DNA of 62,144 nt, counting the filler, from Porpidia crustulata (lineage: Eukaryota): NCBI GenBank assembly GCA_964255105.1. It is 15 parts of 15 records of this genome, joined end to end, with 100 filler letters (N's around TTAATTAATTAA, not from the genome) between each part and the next. Parts side by side here need not be neighbours in the genome. Positions count along the whole stretch, not along the records: positions 20,856 to 24,913 come from CAXUWE010002161.1; positions 25,014 to 29,068 come from CAXUWE010002162.1; positions 29,169 to 33,211 come from CAXUWE010002163.1; positions 33,312 to 37,352 come from CAXUWE010002164.1; positions 37,453 to 41,491 come from CAXUWE010002165.1; 10 more parts are not named here. One strand, given 5' to 3'. A program made the position numbers and the translations under genes. The notes beneath the pieces were generated by a model. The model was not told where the DNA came from and made no database searches. It was given only the letters and a program-made list of their open reading frames with translations. How positions within the stretch are numbered: the stretch's first letter is position 1; each line of letters starts with the position of its first letter. Below, one piece after another: positions 24,651 through 38,185 of the stretch.

Positions 24651-25346
24651 CATTGTGGTCATAATGTAAGTGATCGGCTATTCTCGCCTTATAAAGCAGC
24701 CGCTGCTCACCTTTGAGGCTAGAAATGGAAGGGGGGGAAATTTCTCGTCTGGTGGTCGAGTCGTGATCATGTCTAGAGGGGCACGAGGGGTAGACACTCA
24801 AAGGAGACTTGATAAGGCTAGCCTTACGGCTCGTTTACAAACGGCTTCTTCTGATTGACAGATCACACCGATCCAACCATCATGGCTCCTACACCTCCCA
24901 CAGAATCCAAACCNNNNNNNNNNNNNNNNNNNNNNNNNNNNNNNNNNNNNNNNNNNNTTAATTAATTAANNNNNNNNNNNNNNNNNNNNNNNNNNNNNNN
25001 NNNNNNNNNNNNNGATCTAAAACGTTCTATATTTATCGTAACATTGGATGAAGTATGCGTATTCCCCCGTTATACATGTAATCGTAGCTTCTCTCCTCTC
25101 GAGCCGTAGACCCAAGGATGAACCAAATTACAAAGGAGTTAGATAGCTTATACACCGCCGATGCTAGAGAGCGCCATTGTAAATATGCTGCCAGATCTTT
25201 ATGTTGTTCCGTAGTTAAGCAGTACGTACCAGGCACTTCTCCGGACGAACACCTTCTCAATCTCATCGAGATCTTTTACATTCTCCGAAAATTAGTAGCG
25301 CTTGAGTTGAGCGATCCTGGTTTACCAAAATCAGCCGAGAGGAACC

Positions 25347-27400
25347 TCAGTCAATCCCCAAATCCTTCTGGAATGTGCCAGGATGCTTTTCAGAAGTTTG
25401 ACGCATCATCTTATCCATCGATGTTGATTGGACCGAGGACAACGACGCAACTTCACTATGTCTCATTCGAGGCTTTTCCGCAAACGTTGCTGGGCGGCGT
25501 GGGGTCACCAAATTTTTATTGACAGCATCATAAAGCTCGGCGCAATCTGTGGTCCATCAGCTACTTGTCCATCAAGCTTTCATTTCGTGAAAGGCTTATG
25601 TGCACTCGTAGGTCGCACTCACGGCTTGGTTTTTTGAAGTGCAATTCAACCTTCCTGATCGGCTTCTCCTCGGGGTCGTCAATGCTCATGGCCTTGATGG
25701 ATACTTTCTTGCCCTGCTGAGATGTAGTCACCTCTAAGCACAGTTGGTCAGGTCTCGGCTTTGTCATATTCGCGGCCGATTGTTTCACTAACAACACTGG
25801 GGTCAGTTTTATGTTATTGGGAGAAGATTATCATCAATGAATTTGCATTTGCGCCGAACAGTGATAATCCTTTGCCAACATTTTCAAAACAAATGCTTAC
25901 GAGAGATATTCAGCCAGGGGCGGGAGTGGCTATCCGGCAACCGCACCAGAAGCTGAAGATACACATTTCTTTCAATTGTCATACTCCATAGCATGATTTG
26001 AGCTTGTTCAATTGACCTGTGTAAGGAGAACTTCGAAGCGCTTTTGAAAAGGGCGATCTTCGACACATCCTCGAAATAAAGAAGTTTCCATGGAGTAAGT
26101 AGATCCATGAATGTCAAAGCCGTGAAATCTATATTTGATGTTAGTCTTGCCGACCCCGGATGCGTGGGCTAGAATGTACTGTAAGAATTCGAAAGCACTA
26201 GACCTACCTCCGAAATCTCCGAGCGGGAGATCCAGATTTTTCCCTACCATCCAAGCCTGCTGCTCTGGGCCGCCTTCCTGGTCCATTTTTTTTAACAGCT
26301 CTAGCTCGGCCGGCTTCTTCAGAGAGGATGTATAATCGAGGCAGCGGATGTCTCTGAAATCTGATGCGAGATCTTGGGCTTCGAAGAACAGTCTGGATAA
26401 TTTGGATCCATTCTCAAAGCAGCTTAGAATGGCGTATCCTGGATGCTGACCTATGCATTCATCAGGTGACTCTGTAGTATCGTTGTGCCGGTACACGATG
26501 TACGATTGAGTCTTCGACAATTCGACAGGATCCTTGCTCTGATGATAATGGTATCTCTCCAGTCTTGGATATAGGATAATGTCTTCAAGGATTTGTATCT
26601 CTGTTAGGTATTAGAACCTTGATATATTGTCCAGAACCTAGTGATAAACCTTCTACGGATTCAAAAATCAATTTCAATTCTTGGTCAGGCTTTTCTGGAT
26701 GATATTCCTAGAGATTCCATTAATGGAAGATGTGACGATGATGCATTTCACTCACGCATGAAAAACTTGTTCTGAGATCATGTTTAGCCGAACAGACGTG
26801 AGTACAACCAGACCATGTAAGATATATCACATTATCTTTGGCGTCAACACGAACATTGTCGGGAGGTATCCCTTATCCAATCGGTCAGTATATTCCACGT
26901 TGTCGTACTGCAAATGGGGGAGCGTTGGGTACATATGGGATCTTACAGAATGAAATGAAGACCTCCGAGTCCTCGCCATCCCGAATTACGAATCTCCTCG
27001 TCGGCATGAAATATTCTTTGCTCGCAAGCTCGAAGATCCTGCATTGACCTTGATATATGTTTATCGGAGGCAGGTTTTTTGAACTGTTGAATTCACATGA
27101 AACTTTACTTGACTTGGATTCGAATACCAAATCTTCCATTTCTCGTCCTTCCCAGTCGCACAATTTTTCCTTTTTGGAAGATGATGTTGACTGGCGAAGG
27201 AGTCTAGAGCTTTTAGGGCTCCATGGAGGTGACGGGTTTGTCTTTAGTGGTGGAGATGTTTCGGGCTGCTCCGTAGGCTTGTATTGGCTCTCTGGAAAAG
27301 GATGAGGCGTAGGTGAAGATAGAGGGACTACCATTCCGTCAGTCAAATTGCCGCGAAGTCCGCCTAAACTAAGTGCAACGGAATCTCGGGAGTTCTTCGT
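25347..27400 (-). CDS. Multi-exon hypothetical protein, possibly the C-terminal part of the PNP_UDP gene
   Basis: Co-oriented ORFs 26885-27346, 26008-26600 and 25561-25797, plus a terminal exon ending in TGA at 25347-25349. A CTAAC...AG acceptor is visible at ~26601. Some junctions are unresolved. Confidence 0.45.
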
Positions 27401-27635
27401 AAAATATTCAAGGTGTATTAGATTTCAAGGACTTGATGATTGCATTTGAAAGTAACGTGTATTTTTCTCGCCTACCACACTGGTTTGCCCAAAACCTATG
27501 GTGCGATTCATTACTTACAGGATATCTTTCGTGGTCGTGGTGGAAACGTCCAAGATTCACTTCGCGGATTGCCTATGACTGTTGAGGCGCCCGAAGATTG
27601 ACTAGGGTTCGTTGAGAGGGTACCGTCGAAGGAAT

Positions 27636-28875
27636 TTACTGGCAAAAGTGGCTCAGATCCAAATGAGGGGGTAGTTCTGCGGACTGTAATGATGCGTAAG
27701 CAGTGTTCGTCTCATGAAAATTGCAATCACGATGAAATATGCCACTATGAGGTATCCCGTGTGTCCGTAAAGCATATGTGAATTGGTGAATTGAACGGGT
27801 TTCTACGTTTGAGGGTGGTATACCTTCAGTAGTGCGAGACAGGGGTAACAGGGATAAATCCTCGACGCGAGCAACCATCATTGCGTGAATCAACTCTTTG
27901 GTGTATGCTGCAGCCTACACGGATTCTATAATCAGTATGGCATACTCATGGAGTCACAAGGGCTTTCAGATGCAGAATCCCTAACTTCAAAGAACTTACC
28001 GCGACTGCGGCGTAACTTTGCCACCGTTTATCCTTATGAGAGTCGGAGTAATCGCAGATTCCACGTATGACGAGACATGGAAACTCATTCATCAATCCAG
28101 CAGCCTCCATCTCAAAGCACATCACACCGTGTTGTTCTTTGAGTTGATCTCGTTTCGCTGCGTCTCTCATCACAACATTTCCAGAGGCAATGATCCCGTG
28201 AAAGACCACGGGCTCATCTTGCGTGCGGCTGTTCCGAGATATTACATGGCGAATATCACAAGCCTCACAAGAATTATCATCTCTCTGATGGATGTATTCG
28301 GGCTTGAATAAGCGGTCATGTGCTTGTCCAGGGTTGTCGAAAGACTCTTTCATCTTTGGATGCTCTCGATACATTGAGTGTAGATTATTTATGATGCTAC
28401 TACCATCCACTAGAGATCTTGCCGCCACTTCGTTTTTGAGGTTGAGGAGTTCCGTAGGAGGTGGGGCTAGAATCGAGGTTATCGAAATTTCCCCATTTTG
28501 CCTGCGTCGGCCTGAGTCGTACTGAATGACACTGTCGCTGACCACGATATCGCCTAGGCGAATGTCATTCCTTCTGCTGGGAACCCCCCCTCCAATGCCT
28601 ACCATGAAGCGGTATTTCACCTTCGGGAATGCATAGCTCATGTGTATCGCCGCTGCGGTGGCCGGAGTCGTCCCGGCACTTGACAGGCAGGTTATAACAA
28701 TATTGTGGCAGCCGATCCGTCCAAGAGTATATATGTTCTTGTCGAGTGGGTCCTTCTGCAAGCTACTACTATCGTATTTTTCGTCCAGCATCGCATGCGC
28801 CGCGGCCAGCTCAACTCGCAGAGCACAAATCCATCCCACCACGAAGTCTTTGGGATCCATTGCCGTACGAGACAT
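27636..28875 (-). CDS. PNP_UDP_1 (Pfs / purine nucleoside phosphorylase) domain protein of the fungal NLR-effector type
   Basis: VGWICALRVELAAAHAMLDE, MVGIGGGVP, DIRLGDIVVS, FEMEAAGLMNEFPCLVIRGICDYSDSHK. After an intron (~27915-28000) it reads AAAYTKELI. Confidence 0.88.
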
Positions 28876-30050
28876 GGATCCTCCAACGGTAGTCTAGCAG
28901 CTAGCATTAAAGTGACAGCGACTTAGGATATGTCGTCCCATTTCGTTGACAGTATAAATAGAGCGATTGTGACGAGGACCGTGGAACGCCATACATCGAT
29001 TATGAGGCCAACATGACAGAAAGGTAGCCGCTCAGTCGAGTTCTGTCTGACTCTCGGGGTGGGTGGAGNNNNNNNNNNNNNNNNNNNNNNNNNNNNNNNN
29101 NNNNNNNNNNNNTTAATTAATTAANNNNNNNNNNNNNNNNNNNNNNNNNNNNNNNNNNNNNNNNNNNNGTTTGGAGGGGTATATAGATTTTCTGTTTGAG
29201 TTTGGTGGGGCTGGCGAAGGAAAATCGTGAAATTTATCTTCCAATTTAATTCCTCCCACTCTCCGTAGACGCGAACCAAGAAATGCTTCGTTCGTTTTCG
29301 CCTCAAGCTCTAAGGATGAACCAATGCTGCTCTAAACTAAGCCGAAGATGGGCGTCTCGGAGTACTTTCTGGGCCGGCCCTGAGACACGTCAGCCGGTTC
29401 AGAGACGTTGTAGACGAGAGTCTGAAATGACTAAGATTAGAAGCCACGGTCGCATTCAATACAAAGCCATACAATAACCTTGTCATCAAGTTGACTATGA
29501 AGGAGGAACATTTCATGGAGCGTGTATGAAGCATGCAATGGAGTCTGTAGGACGTTTGGTAGGAGTCACCTAGGGGAGCCATGCAAGGCAGTAAAGTGTC
29601 CAACTTACGAACTCCACGCTCTTTAGTCAGACCTGACCCAGGGCCAGCGAATCCCGTCATCTACGATAGATCACTGAAAGCTTCCTGTTTTCATGCAAAG
29701 AATCGCGATCTCTCTGATGGGAGCCTTGAGAACAATGATTGGTTCATCTTCAGCCAGAGTGGCTGACCTTCAGCGTGATTGGAGACGATCCCCTGAAAGA
29801 TGGTTGTACAAGAATGGCGATATCCATATTGATAATCAATAATCAAACCGTATCTATTTGACTATCTTATCTTTCAAGATATCTCGCGAGATTATCCAGC
29901 CCAATTTAATCTGATGGAATGTCGAAACCTCAACTCTGAAAGAACACATCGACATCACTAGATCTTAAAGACAACAGTGACTATCAAGATTTTATCGGTC
30001 ATTAGCAGTTACCTTGCGACCACTAATTGACCTAGACTGAGATATTTGCT

Positions 30051-31704
30051 ATGTTTGGCTGTGGGGATAAGAAGTTCATCTGCAAACCCACACCACAAAG
30101 TCCCAACGCCCTTGTGCCAGCCGATCCTGACATAGCAGGTAAAGGTGTAAGTCTCTTTCATCGACATAGCTTAACCGTCACGTTGAATTAAGCGCACGAA
30201 GGTGCTCATAGCATTTTGTGCCACCTCATTGATCACACTCATTGCAATCGCCTCAGCCTATCTGCTTGATATCCTTCCGGAGAGAAATCATGCCAACCCT
30301 GCCGTCCAAGGTGACGATTTAAATGGCCTTCTGAATGATCTCGACAAATCTGTAATACGCCATTGCAGTCCTTTTCGACGATTGATCGGAAACGCCAGCC
30401 AAGAGACTAAGAACAAGCAATACAAGGCACTCCAGCGTTTCGTGCTGACTTTGAGTGATCAACAAATTGTCACCGGCTTGGCAATATTTATCATTGGTTA
30501 CTCTAAGCATTGCACCATGTTCACCTACCACTTCTTCATTATAGTGGCTTTGGGCTGGTTCTCTTCTACAACCCACCTCTCAACTTTGACTGTCCTTCAA
30601 GACTATTTCAAGGAGTCGCCTGGTTTGAAATACACTAGATTACTTAGAATGCTGGCAACCTTCATCCTACTCTTTATTAGATTGCTAGTGCTGTACACTA
30701 ACTATGCTTTCAGAGTTCCAGTGCAGTGCAGGTTTAATCGAATGTCCATATCCATGAAGGCATTGAATTATGTCTGCATGGTCGTGGTGCTATGCTACCT
30801 TATCATCATCTTTCTATCCAGATCTTTGGGATTCTGTTTCAACCGTCAAAGACCATTTTCTTCCATACAAGGAATTCTATCCTACTCTGTTCATCGAGAC
30901 AATAGTCGACTAACCTCACGAAAATAACATCACGAGGAAAGACTCAGAAGCATCTTGTCATCCCAATCCTCATGGTTGTCCCGCCACTTGGCAACATACT
31001 TCCTCGTGTTCAATTTTGTATACTCGGAGTTTCTGGATTCCTTTCTACTAGAAGTCTTGTGGCTATTCTTCAACACTCTGGGCTCGAGTATATGTAGCGA
31101 ACAGGGTCCGAATAACGGGGAATGAAAATGATTGGGGTTTTGGACAATTACTTACTCTCCTTCTCTTAGTATTGCCGGTCCTGGTGGCTGCAGAGGTTTA
31201 TCACGGTATGCGAGGATTCCATTTTATTGTGTACCGACGGCTCACTTTTTAATCAAACAAGATACCGGGTCCAATAAAATGCAAAGCTCGTTGGAACTTG
31301 GACCCATGTCTCAAGATCCCAGGAATTCAGAACGGGCCACAGAGTTTATCAGCTCCCGCAGTCGACTAATATCGCCGAATGATCCTCTAGAAGCCGTTCA
31401 AATTGACAATACAACCGGCGACGAACATCCCAGTCATTCAGCCCCACCGCGCAACAGCTCCGAGGCACCGTGGGTTCTTCAAAGTGACGACCCTTACGAT
31501 TCCCCCATATTCTGGATTATCTTTACAGGACTCCTTCTCTATACGGTAGCAGCTATGATCCTGGCAGCTTGGTATTTGGCCTGGCACATCGGGCCAGAAT
31601 TCTATTCAGGCATCAAGGCAAGCCTCATAATGGCTGGAATACTGCTAGTCGCGGCGGTTGGACCGTTCTACGAAGACTACCAACGACTGAAACATCCCTT
31701 ATGA
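30051..31704 (+). pseudogene. Uncharacterised fungal multi-pass membrane protein (DPDIAG / DQQxVTG / WGFGQ family), disrupted
   Basis: ADPDIAGKG, intron, VLIAF; LSDQQIVTGLAI; HLSTL; ENDWGFGQLLTLLLL. In-frame TAA at 30925-30927 and a frameshift near 31075. Confidence 0.7.
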
Positions 31705-31769
31705 CCTTAGATCAGATCGAAATCGAATCTTCACAGATAGTGTTCGATGATGTCTGAAGACGAGACTAA

Positions 31770-32070
31770 AAGAGCAATAAAAATTTACATGACATCGCAT
31801 TACTGCATGTGTGAAATCAATGATCGATCAATATAAGAAATTCTCACTAAAGCTCGTTCGAGTATTTTAACAAGTCAAATAGATTAAGTTTTTTCTTTTC
31901 ATGGATTTGACTGAAACGCTTAAATCTTGTATTGCGCAATTTCCTCGCGTTAAGAAGTTTAAACTTCTTTAAATAAAATGAATATAATTATGTTAAATGT
32001 TACGACATACATTTTACGACGTTTAATATTTCGCTTTTATAACGAATCATGATATATACTAGTCACGTAT
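31770..32070. repeat. AT-rich tract, probable RIP-degraded repeat remnant
   Basis: Strong local AT and TpA enrichment. No ORF. Confidence 0.4.
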
Positions 32071-33512
32071 GACTCAAGTACAAACCACGATCTCATCCGT
32101 CCTTCTGCTAAAGCGACGTTCATGATTAATACCATCTTGTTGACTTCACACTGAAGACATCGGCCCCTATCGGCTCCAGCGACCTCGCTACTTGGGATCA
32201 TTGGGGCCCAAACCCACATATATAGATATAGAATTCCGAGACGTAACAGTTGCACGTGGTCATTAGCTAACCCAGGTGCCGCTGCACGGTGTTGCGTTGC
32301 TATCGCACAAAGGCCCGATTTGTCGTCTTACTCCCTTATGCTCCATCTATGCTCCATCTATGCTATCCTGCAGCCCTCTGTTTCCTCCTTTGATTCTCCC
32401 AGTCTCAAGGCTCTGATCTCTTTCATTGTGGCGACAGCGTATAAGATCATGGTTCCTGCGGCTCAAAGGTAGTGTCATCACCCACTCCTTCATCATTCGC
32501 TTCCTACCTTCCTGTCTCACGGATCGCCGAATCGACCACTGATTGCGCTGGCGATTCCATCCCCTCTTCAAGTAGAAATTCTCGCTGTAGCACCATCGGG
32601 CAGAGATGATTAAGAAGATCTTTCACAACCCGCCTGGCGTCATCATTGAACGGATCTAGAAACTCACGGCATAGCCACCCCCCCCGATAGATTCCGGAAA
32701 GGCTTTGGAGAGCGGCCGTCATAGGGCCGTATCCGAAAGATAAAATGAAGACGTATCAGTTGGTTTCCGTTCCTGGTGAATCGATATTGCCGTACTTGTG
32801 TGTTCGTGGAGCGTAAAGAAACATTGGGAAAACGTCACGATTGATATTTGCTATTCATAGAGCCCCCCCTTTCTAAATGTCATTTCTCCTGTCTGCCCGT
32901 CATATCTGGATGCCGTCAATCCCGGATGTTGCAAATCAACGAACAACATGAACAATTGCTGCCAGTTTCAAAGACGCCACCATCTGGCCTCCTTCCAACA
33001 GAGCTCATTTCGAAAGCGTTTCCTCCATCGGCATGCAATTTTCCCACCCTCACTTCCTTCATCTTCGCTCCTACAACCATATCGTCTTCATGGTTCAACG
33101 ACTGCTCGTACCGGCCTTCCTACGTCCTCTCATACGTCCTCACCCATCCGTCTGGCTCTTGATCGTCGGGGGGGGGGGAAGCGGGGGGGGCGTCGCAAAA
33201 AATGGGGATCGNNNNNNNNNNNNNNNNNNNNNNNNNNNNNNNNNNNNNNNNNNNNTTAATTAATTAANNNNNNNNNNNNNNNNNNNNNNNNNNNNNNNNN
33301 NNNNNNNNNNNCTCCTGAACACTCAGCCATCATCCATCATCCATCCCACAAACCTCTTTCTTACTTCCTATTCAGAAGATACCCACTACATCCATAATTG
33401 CATCCACTACTGACGACTATTGAGTCAAGTAGCATTCTTCTCGCTGTGTACTCGTTTACTTGCATTTGATACCCCCGTTGGTTAGATTTCTTTACCAACA
33501 ACCTCAACCATC

Positions 33513-36500
33513 ATGGCAGCTGTCAACCGTCCTACAAACGTCAAGCAGAAGGAGCAAGATGTCAATCAGAAGTTGCAATTCTATGGCATCTACTCTGGTA
33601 AGTCATTCGAACGCATTGCCGCTTGGCTCACTCTCCGACCTCTTGCTGCGATCGTCGCCAAGAGTTTTCTGAGCTCACTGCTAATTTACTCAACTCATCA
33701 GCTTTCGCGAATGGCAAGATGCCATCGGTAAGCTTACCTATTCCATGTCGTTCATTTCTGACTTCATACTGATCTTCTGAACAGAATAAACAAATCGACG
33801 TCGCATTAAATTCCGCTATAGCTTCTAAGGCGCTCACAAGCCCATCAAGCAAGCTCTCGGTAGAAGGCCGGAAATTAGTCGCAGACCTACGAGATGTCAT
33901 TGAACAGGCCAAAATCTTGACGTTGACCAAGAACGAAGGCAATCTGCTACAAGACTTCATCTACCAGACAACCCATATTTCGGGTGGTGGAGCAAAGCTT
34001 CCGGGTGCCCCCATCGACAAGACCACAGCGCAGCAGCACGGTGATCAAGCTCTTGATGGTTTGAGAACCCTGGGAACCTTGTTGATTTCCAACGGCCAAT
34101 TCCGTAAACTACGTGAGTATCTTGCTAACTTAGAATTCTATTATCTGACAGTCTTCTAGTGAATGATGCGACTGTGCTACTTCGCGATATCGCCGGGGAT
34201 GCAGCTACAAATGCTGCGAGCCGTGTTAAGCCGTCGCAAGAAGCCTTGGCCCAGATTGACCGACCTGCGGAAGACAATACTTGGCACGATGTCCCCGACT
34301 TGTCCCGCGACAACCTGAGGAACCAGGCTAAGAATACCTTTAATACCCAGAAGCCCGTCTCTAAAGGTGATGTCAAGAACATAGCAGGCGATGCCACTCA
34401 GGCTGCTTCAGGCTCTCGCGACCCAACTGATGCTGCTGATCTTGCAGCACGTGATCAGCAGTACGGTACGGATTCCGTCGATCCAAACCAAGGTGCCAGA
34501 ACCGGCATCAGTAATTTGCGCGACCAAGGTTCTGCTAATGTTCCCGACGAGACCAAAGATCGTGCCCGGGAATATCGAGATCGGACGAAAAACTACATGT
34601 TAGACAAGGTTCCTCAAGAGCGACGCGACCAAGCCATCTTCCGCTTGAAGAAGATGATTATTGAAGTTCAAGGACACCAAGATTGTTCGCGGCCCCTCCT
34701 ATATCATTCATTGGACTGTGGCTAATGTCGCTTTAGATCAGCAAGCAATTGAAACTCTGTTAACCCTAGCTGAGGAATACGGTGGACACAGCAAGAACTT
34801 GACTACACAGGGCGCCGGCACCTTGAAAGGTGCTCATGAAGACACTGCTTTGACTGCGGCTGAGGCTGATTTGAGGGTTTGTCTCTAGGGTTCGCATCTG
34901 AGAACAGTTCTATGCTGACTCAGTTGAAGACATTGCTTGAGCGATTTGCAAACTCGACTTCTGCCGACGACCTCATTGAATCAATCAACGCAGTTTACCG
35001 TGACGCCGATAGAGACCCCGAGCTGAAAGGGTGGTTCCGTAGCATAGATAAATATGTACGGAAGTGCCTTCAGCAGCAAGGCTTTATTATGCAAGACGCT
35101 GCAACCACCGAGTGGAACCAGCTCCAAGATCAGGGACATTTCCTTCTACGCGAGCGTTACCGAGACCACACCAACCGCGTGTTTGATGAAGTCAAATTCT
35201 TTGCCTACCAATTTGATGAAGACGAACAAAACAAAAGGTTCGCCGCCTCAATGGAGAAGCTCTTCAATGAATTAGGTAACGATGAGAATGGTAAGCCGGT
35301 TTTCAAGAAACACTTGGTCAGTGACCTGAGCGACGTCATCGTCCCCGGTATCTTTGAAAGTGTACGCTACGTGCCCATTCCTCGCATTGAATACTCAGAT
35401 CCCATGATGGATGCCATCGTCGAAAATTTGGTCATTGAGAGCGACAACTTGGCACCCAACTCGTTTGAATTTGGAAATGACAATTATTTCCGCTGGGGGC
35501 GCAAGACTGTTACCAACAAGAACAAAAACAAATTCATGGTTTCGGTTTCTGGCATTCAAATGGACTTGAGAGACGTCAGCTACTATATTAACAAGAAAGA
35601 AGGTTTCCCATCAATCAAGGACACTGGTGTGATGGATATTTTCCTAGGCGGTTCCGGCTTTAGCTTCAAGATCGCCATGGAGACTGCGGATAAGTCTGAT
35701 CGCCAGCACTTTTTCAAGATCAACACGGTGACTATTGACATGAAGAACTTGAACATCAAGTTGAAGCAATCCAAGCATAAGCTACTGTTCAATATTTTCA
35801 AGCCTCTGTTGTTCTCCGTCGTCAAGCCCGCTCTCAACAAAGTCCTTGAGAAACTGATCCGAGATCAAATGCACGAACTCGATTCCAAGGCCTACGCAAT
35901 TCACCAGGAAGCCACTCGTGCCGCCGAGGCGGCTAAGAATGACCCTGAGAATGCGTCAAACATTTACAACCGCTACGTGACTGCCGCACAAAAGAAATTC
36001 GCCCAAGGCAAACAAAAGACGGACGAAGTTGCGGCGAACAAGAAGGTCAACGCAGCCATGACCCAGCATGATTCAATTTTCCCTCAAATTAAGTTGCCTG
36101 GTGGTATCTCCACTAAGGCTACCGAGTACAAGAACCTCGCTGCGTCAGGCGACAAATGGGAATCGCCCATCTTCACCATTGGAGCTGCTGGCGAGTCCAA
36201 GAGTATCCCTCGTATCCAACCAATTACTCGCAAACCGCACAATGCTGCTTCGGGTAGTGTCAGAGGACCCCAGAACCTCGAATCTGGCGGAACTGCTTTG
36301 GGTTCGGCTCAGCCGACGACCGGATCTGGATATGATTCTGCTGGCCCCGGATACGACTCGGGCTCTACCAGCGCTGGATATGGCACGACCAATGGCTCCG
36401 CTGGATTCAGCAACCAAGTGAATCAGGCTTTTGGCGGTGACGGTGCCGCAGACTACTCATTGAAGAACAACAACGCCGTCGGTGTTAACGGGGGTCTCAC

Positions 36501-36594
36501 CGATGGTACCACGCTCGGTCAAGGTCAGAGTACCGGCGGTACCCTACTTGGCATGAATAACCCCGTTCTGAGTGGTGTTGCTCGAGCCGAGTAG
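33513..36594 (+). CDS. HAM1-like (DUF4449/DUF5923, BPI-like fold) conserved fungal protein, multi-exon
   Basis: NQKLQFYGIYSAFANGKMPSNKQIDVALNS, LRTLGTLLISNGQFRKL, YVPIPRIEYSD, VENLVIESDN. Several GT-AG introns. Confidence 0.85.
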
Positions 36595-38185
36595 AGGTCA
36601 CGGGTCACTGTTTCGAAGGGTCTGATTGCTATCCTTTTATTTGATGATACCACTATCGCGAACGATACACTTGAACAGTGTGGCTTATTCAGTAATGGCA
36701 CGGTGGAAGGAGTGTGGTGAAGGAGGTAGCTTTTTTTTTGGTCCGTTAGAGGGCTTGTCTGTTTTGTTCGTGCAGTGTGTGTTATTATCGGCGAGTGCTC
36801 ATAAGCTCGAGGGTCATACATGCCGTTGGCGATGGAAACCTGAAAGTAGTTGGGCAGCTCGACCCTCATTAGTCCTATGTCCTCAGTTCGTCTCCTCGGT
36901 TCATACCCTGAGAAACCGATGACGCCACGGCAATCGTGTGAAGATCAAGACGGCAGTTTACTTTTCTTTTGTCCTACAGATAAAACAAATTTCGAGATCG
37001 CATTGAAACATGGCGTGCGTCCTGGTGATACAGATATGTGAATAATCGCTCCATCTGCGCGTAATCCAACATATTGTCCATACAACTCCATAGCCTGAGC
37101 AGTATTGAAAGGCTCAAGCGTTCAGAAACTTCTGGCAATCCTCCGAGTTTCGTGCCCTAAGCATCCACGTGGCCTAGAGATCTCTTCACTCCCCCTCCCT
37201 CCCATTCCAAAATCTAAAAATCCTCCTCTAACCATACCCAGCGTTCCTCAACTAGTCCCCCTCCAGACTCCGCCGCTCATGACGATCGCGTACAAGAGAT
37301 GGGAGATGGGGAGGGAGTGGAGGAAGCGAAAAAGACGGGGCAAGGAGAAGGGNNNNNNNNNNNNNNNNNNNNNNNNNNNNNNNNNNNNNNNNNNNNTTAA
37401 TTAATTAANNNNNNNNNNNNNNNNNNNNNNNNNNNNNNNNNNNNNNNNNNNNCATCAGCGAGTTCAAGTGCACCGCGATCGACCCGGCAGGGGTGGTGGT
37501 GGTGTTTCCAGTACGTTGGTTCCTTCGATCTCTAGGCGTACAATTTTAGAGTCGGTTGAGGGATAAACAATATGCTGGAAAAGAGACTTCGTTGAGAGAC
37601 GCGCGGAGATTAAGGGCGATTAGCGAGACGTTGTGCTGACGACGCGTTCATGCAGAACCTATTGCCAGGAAGGGGGGTTGTAGAGGAGGTCTGGAGGGGT
37701 ACGAGGGAATGCTTATATGGGCCGAAGAAGTAACTTTGAGGTCAAGCTCTGATCTGGTGATTATGCGGTATTCTAAGCAGGAAGCAACAGGATTAAATGA
37801 CGGTTTCTTTGGTGGATCATATCTAGAGATAAGGCATGGCCATAATTTAAAAAGCCCACATATCCTGGTTTTCAGCGTCTGAGTACGCGATCACCTGACG
37901 CGGCACTAAGCTTGCAGCGGAAGCTGGGAGCGATAAGTGGTACTGGGTAGCACTCGACAAAATACATACTGAGCTTGAGCGGTCCAGCATAGATTGTGTC
38001 CGTTGTTCATCTTGTGAAGCCGAGACTCCCAAATAAGTGGAGCATAAAAGCCTGAGCGCAGAAAATTCCCACGTTTAGGATTGCTCCAAGCATCTAAGGC
38101 GAAATTATGGAATCTGCCAATTATTTTCCATCGCAACCACACGAGCGAGTCAAGCCAAGGATAGATCACTCATTCCGGAAAGATT

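Noticed and set aside
19729..32070. One large defence island (mutated MFS + deaminase + PNP_UDP + membrane pseudogene)
   Set aside because: These lie on four different size-sorted contigs, so the adjacency is artificial.
32347..33211. Short ORFs at the end of contig 8
   Set aside because: No domain signal or consistent splice model.
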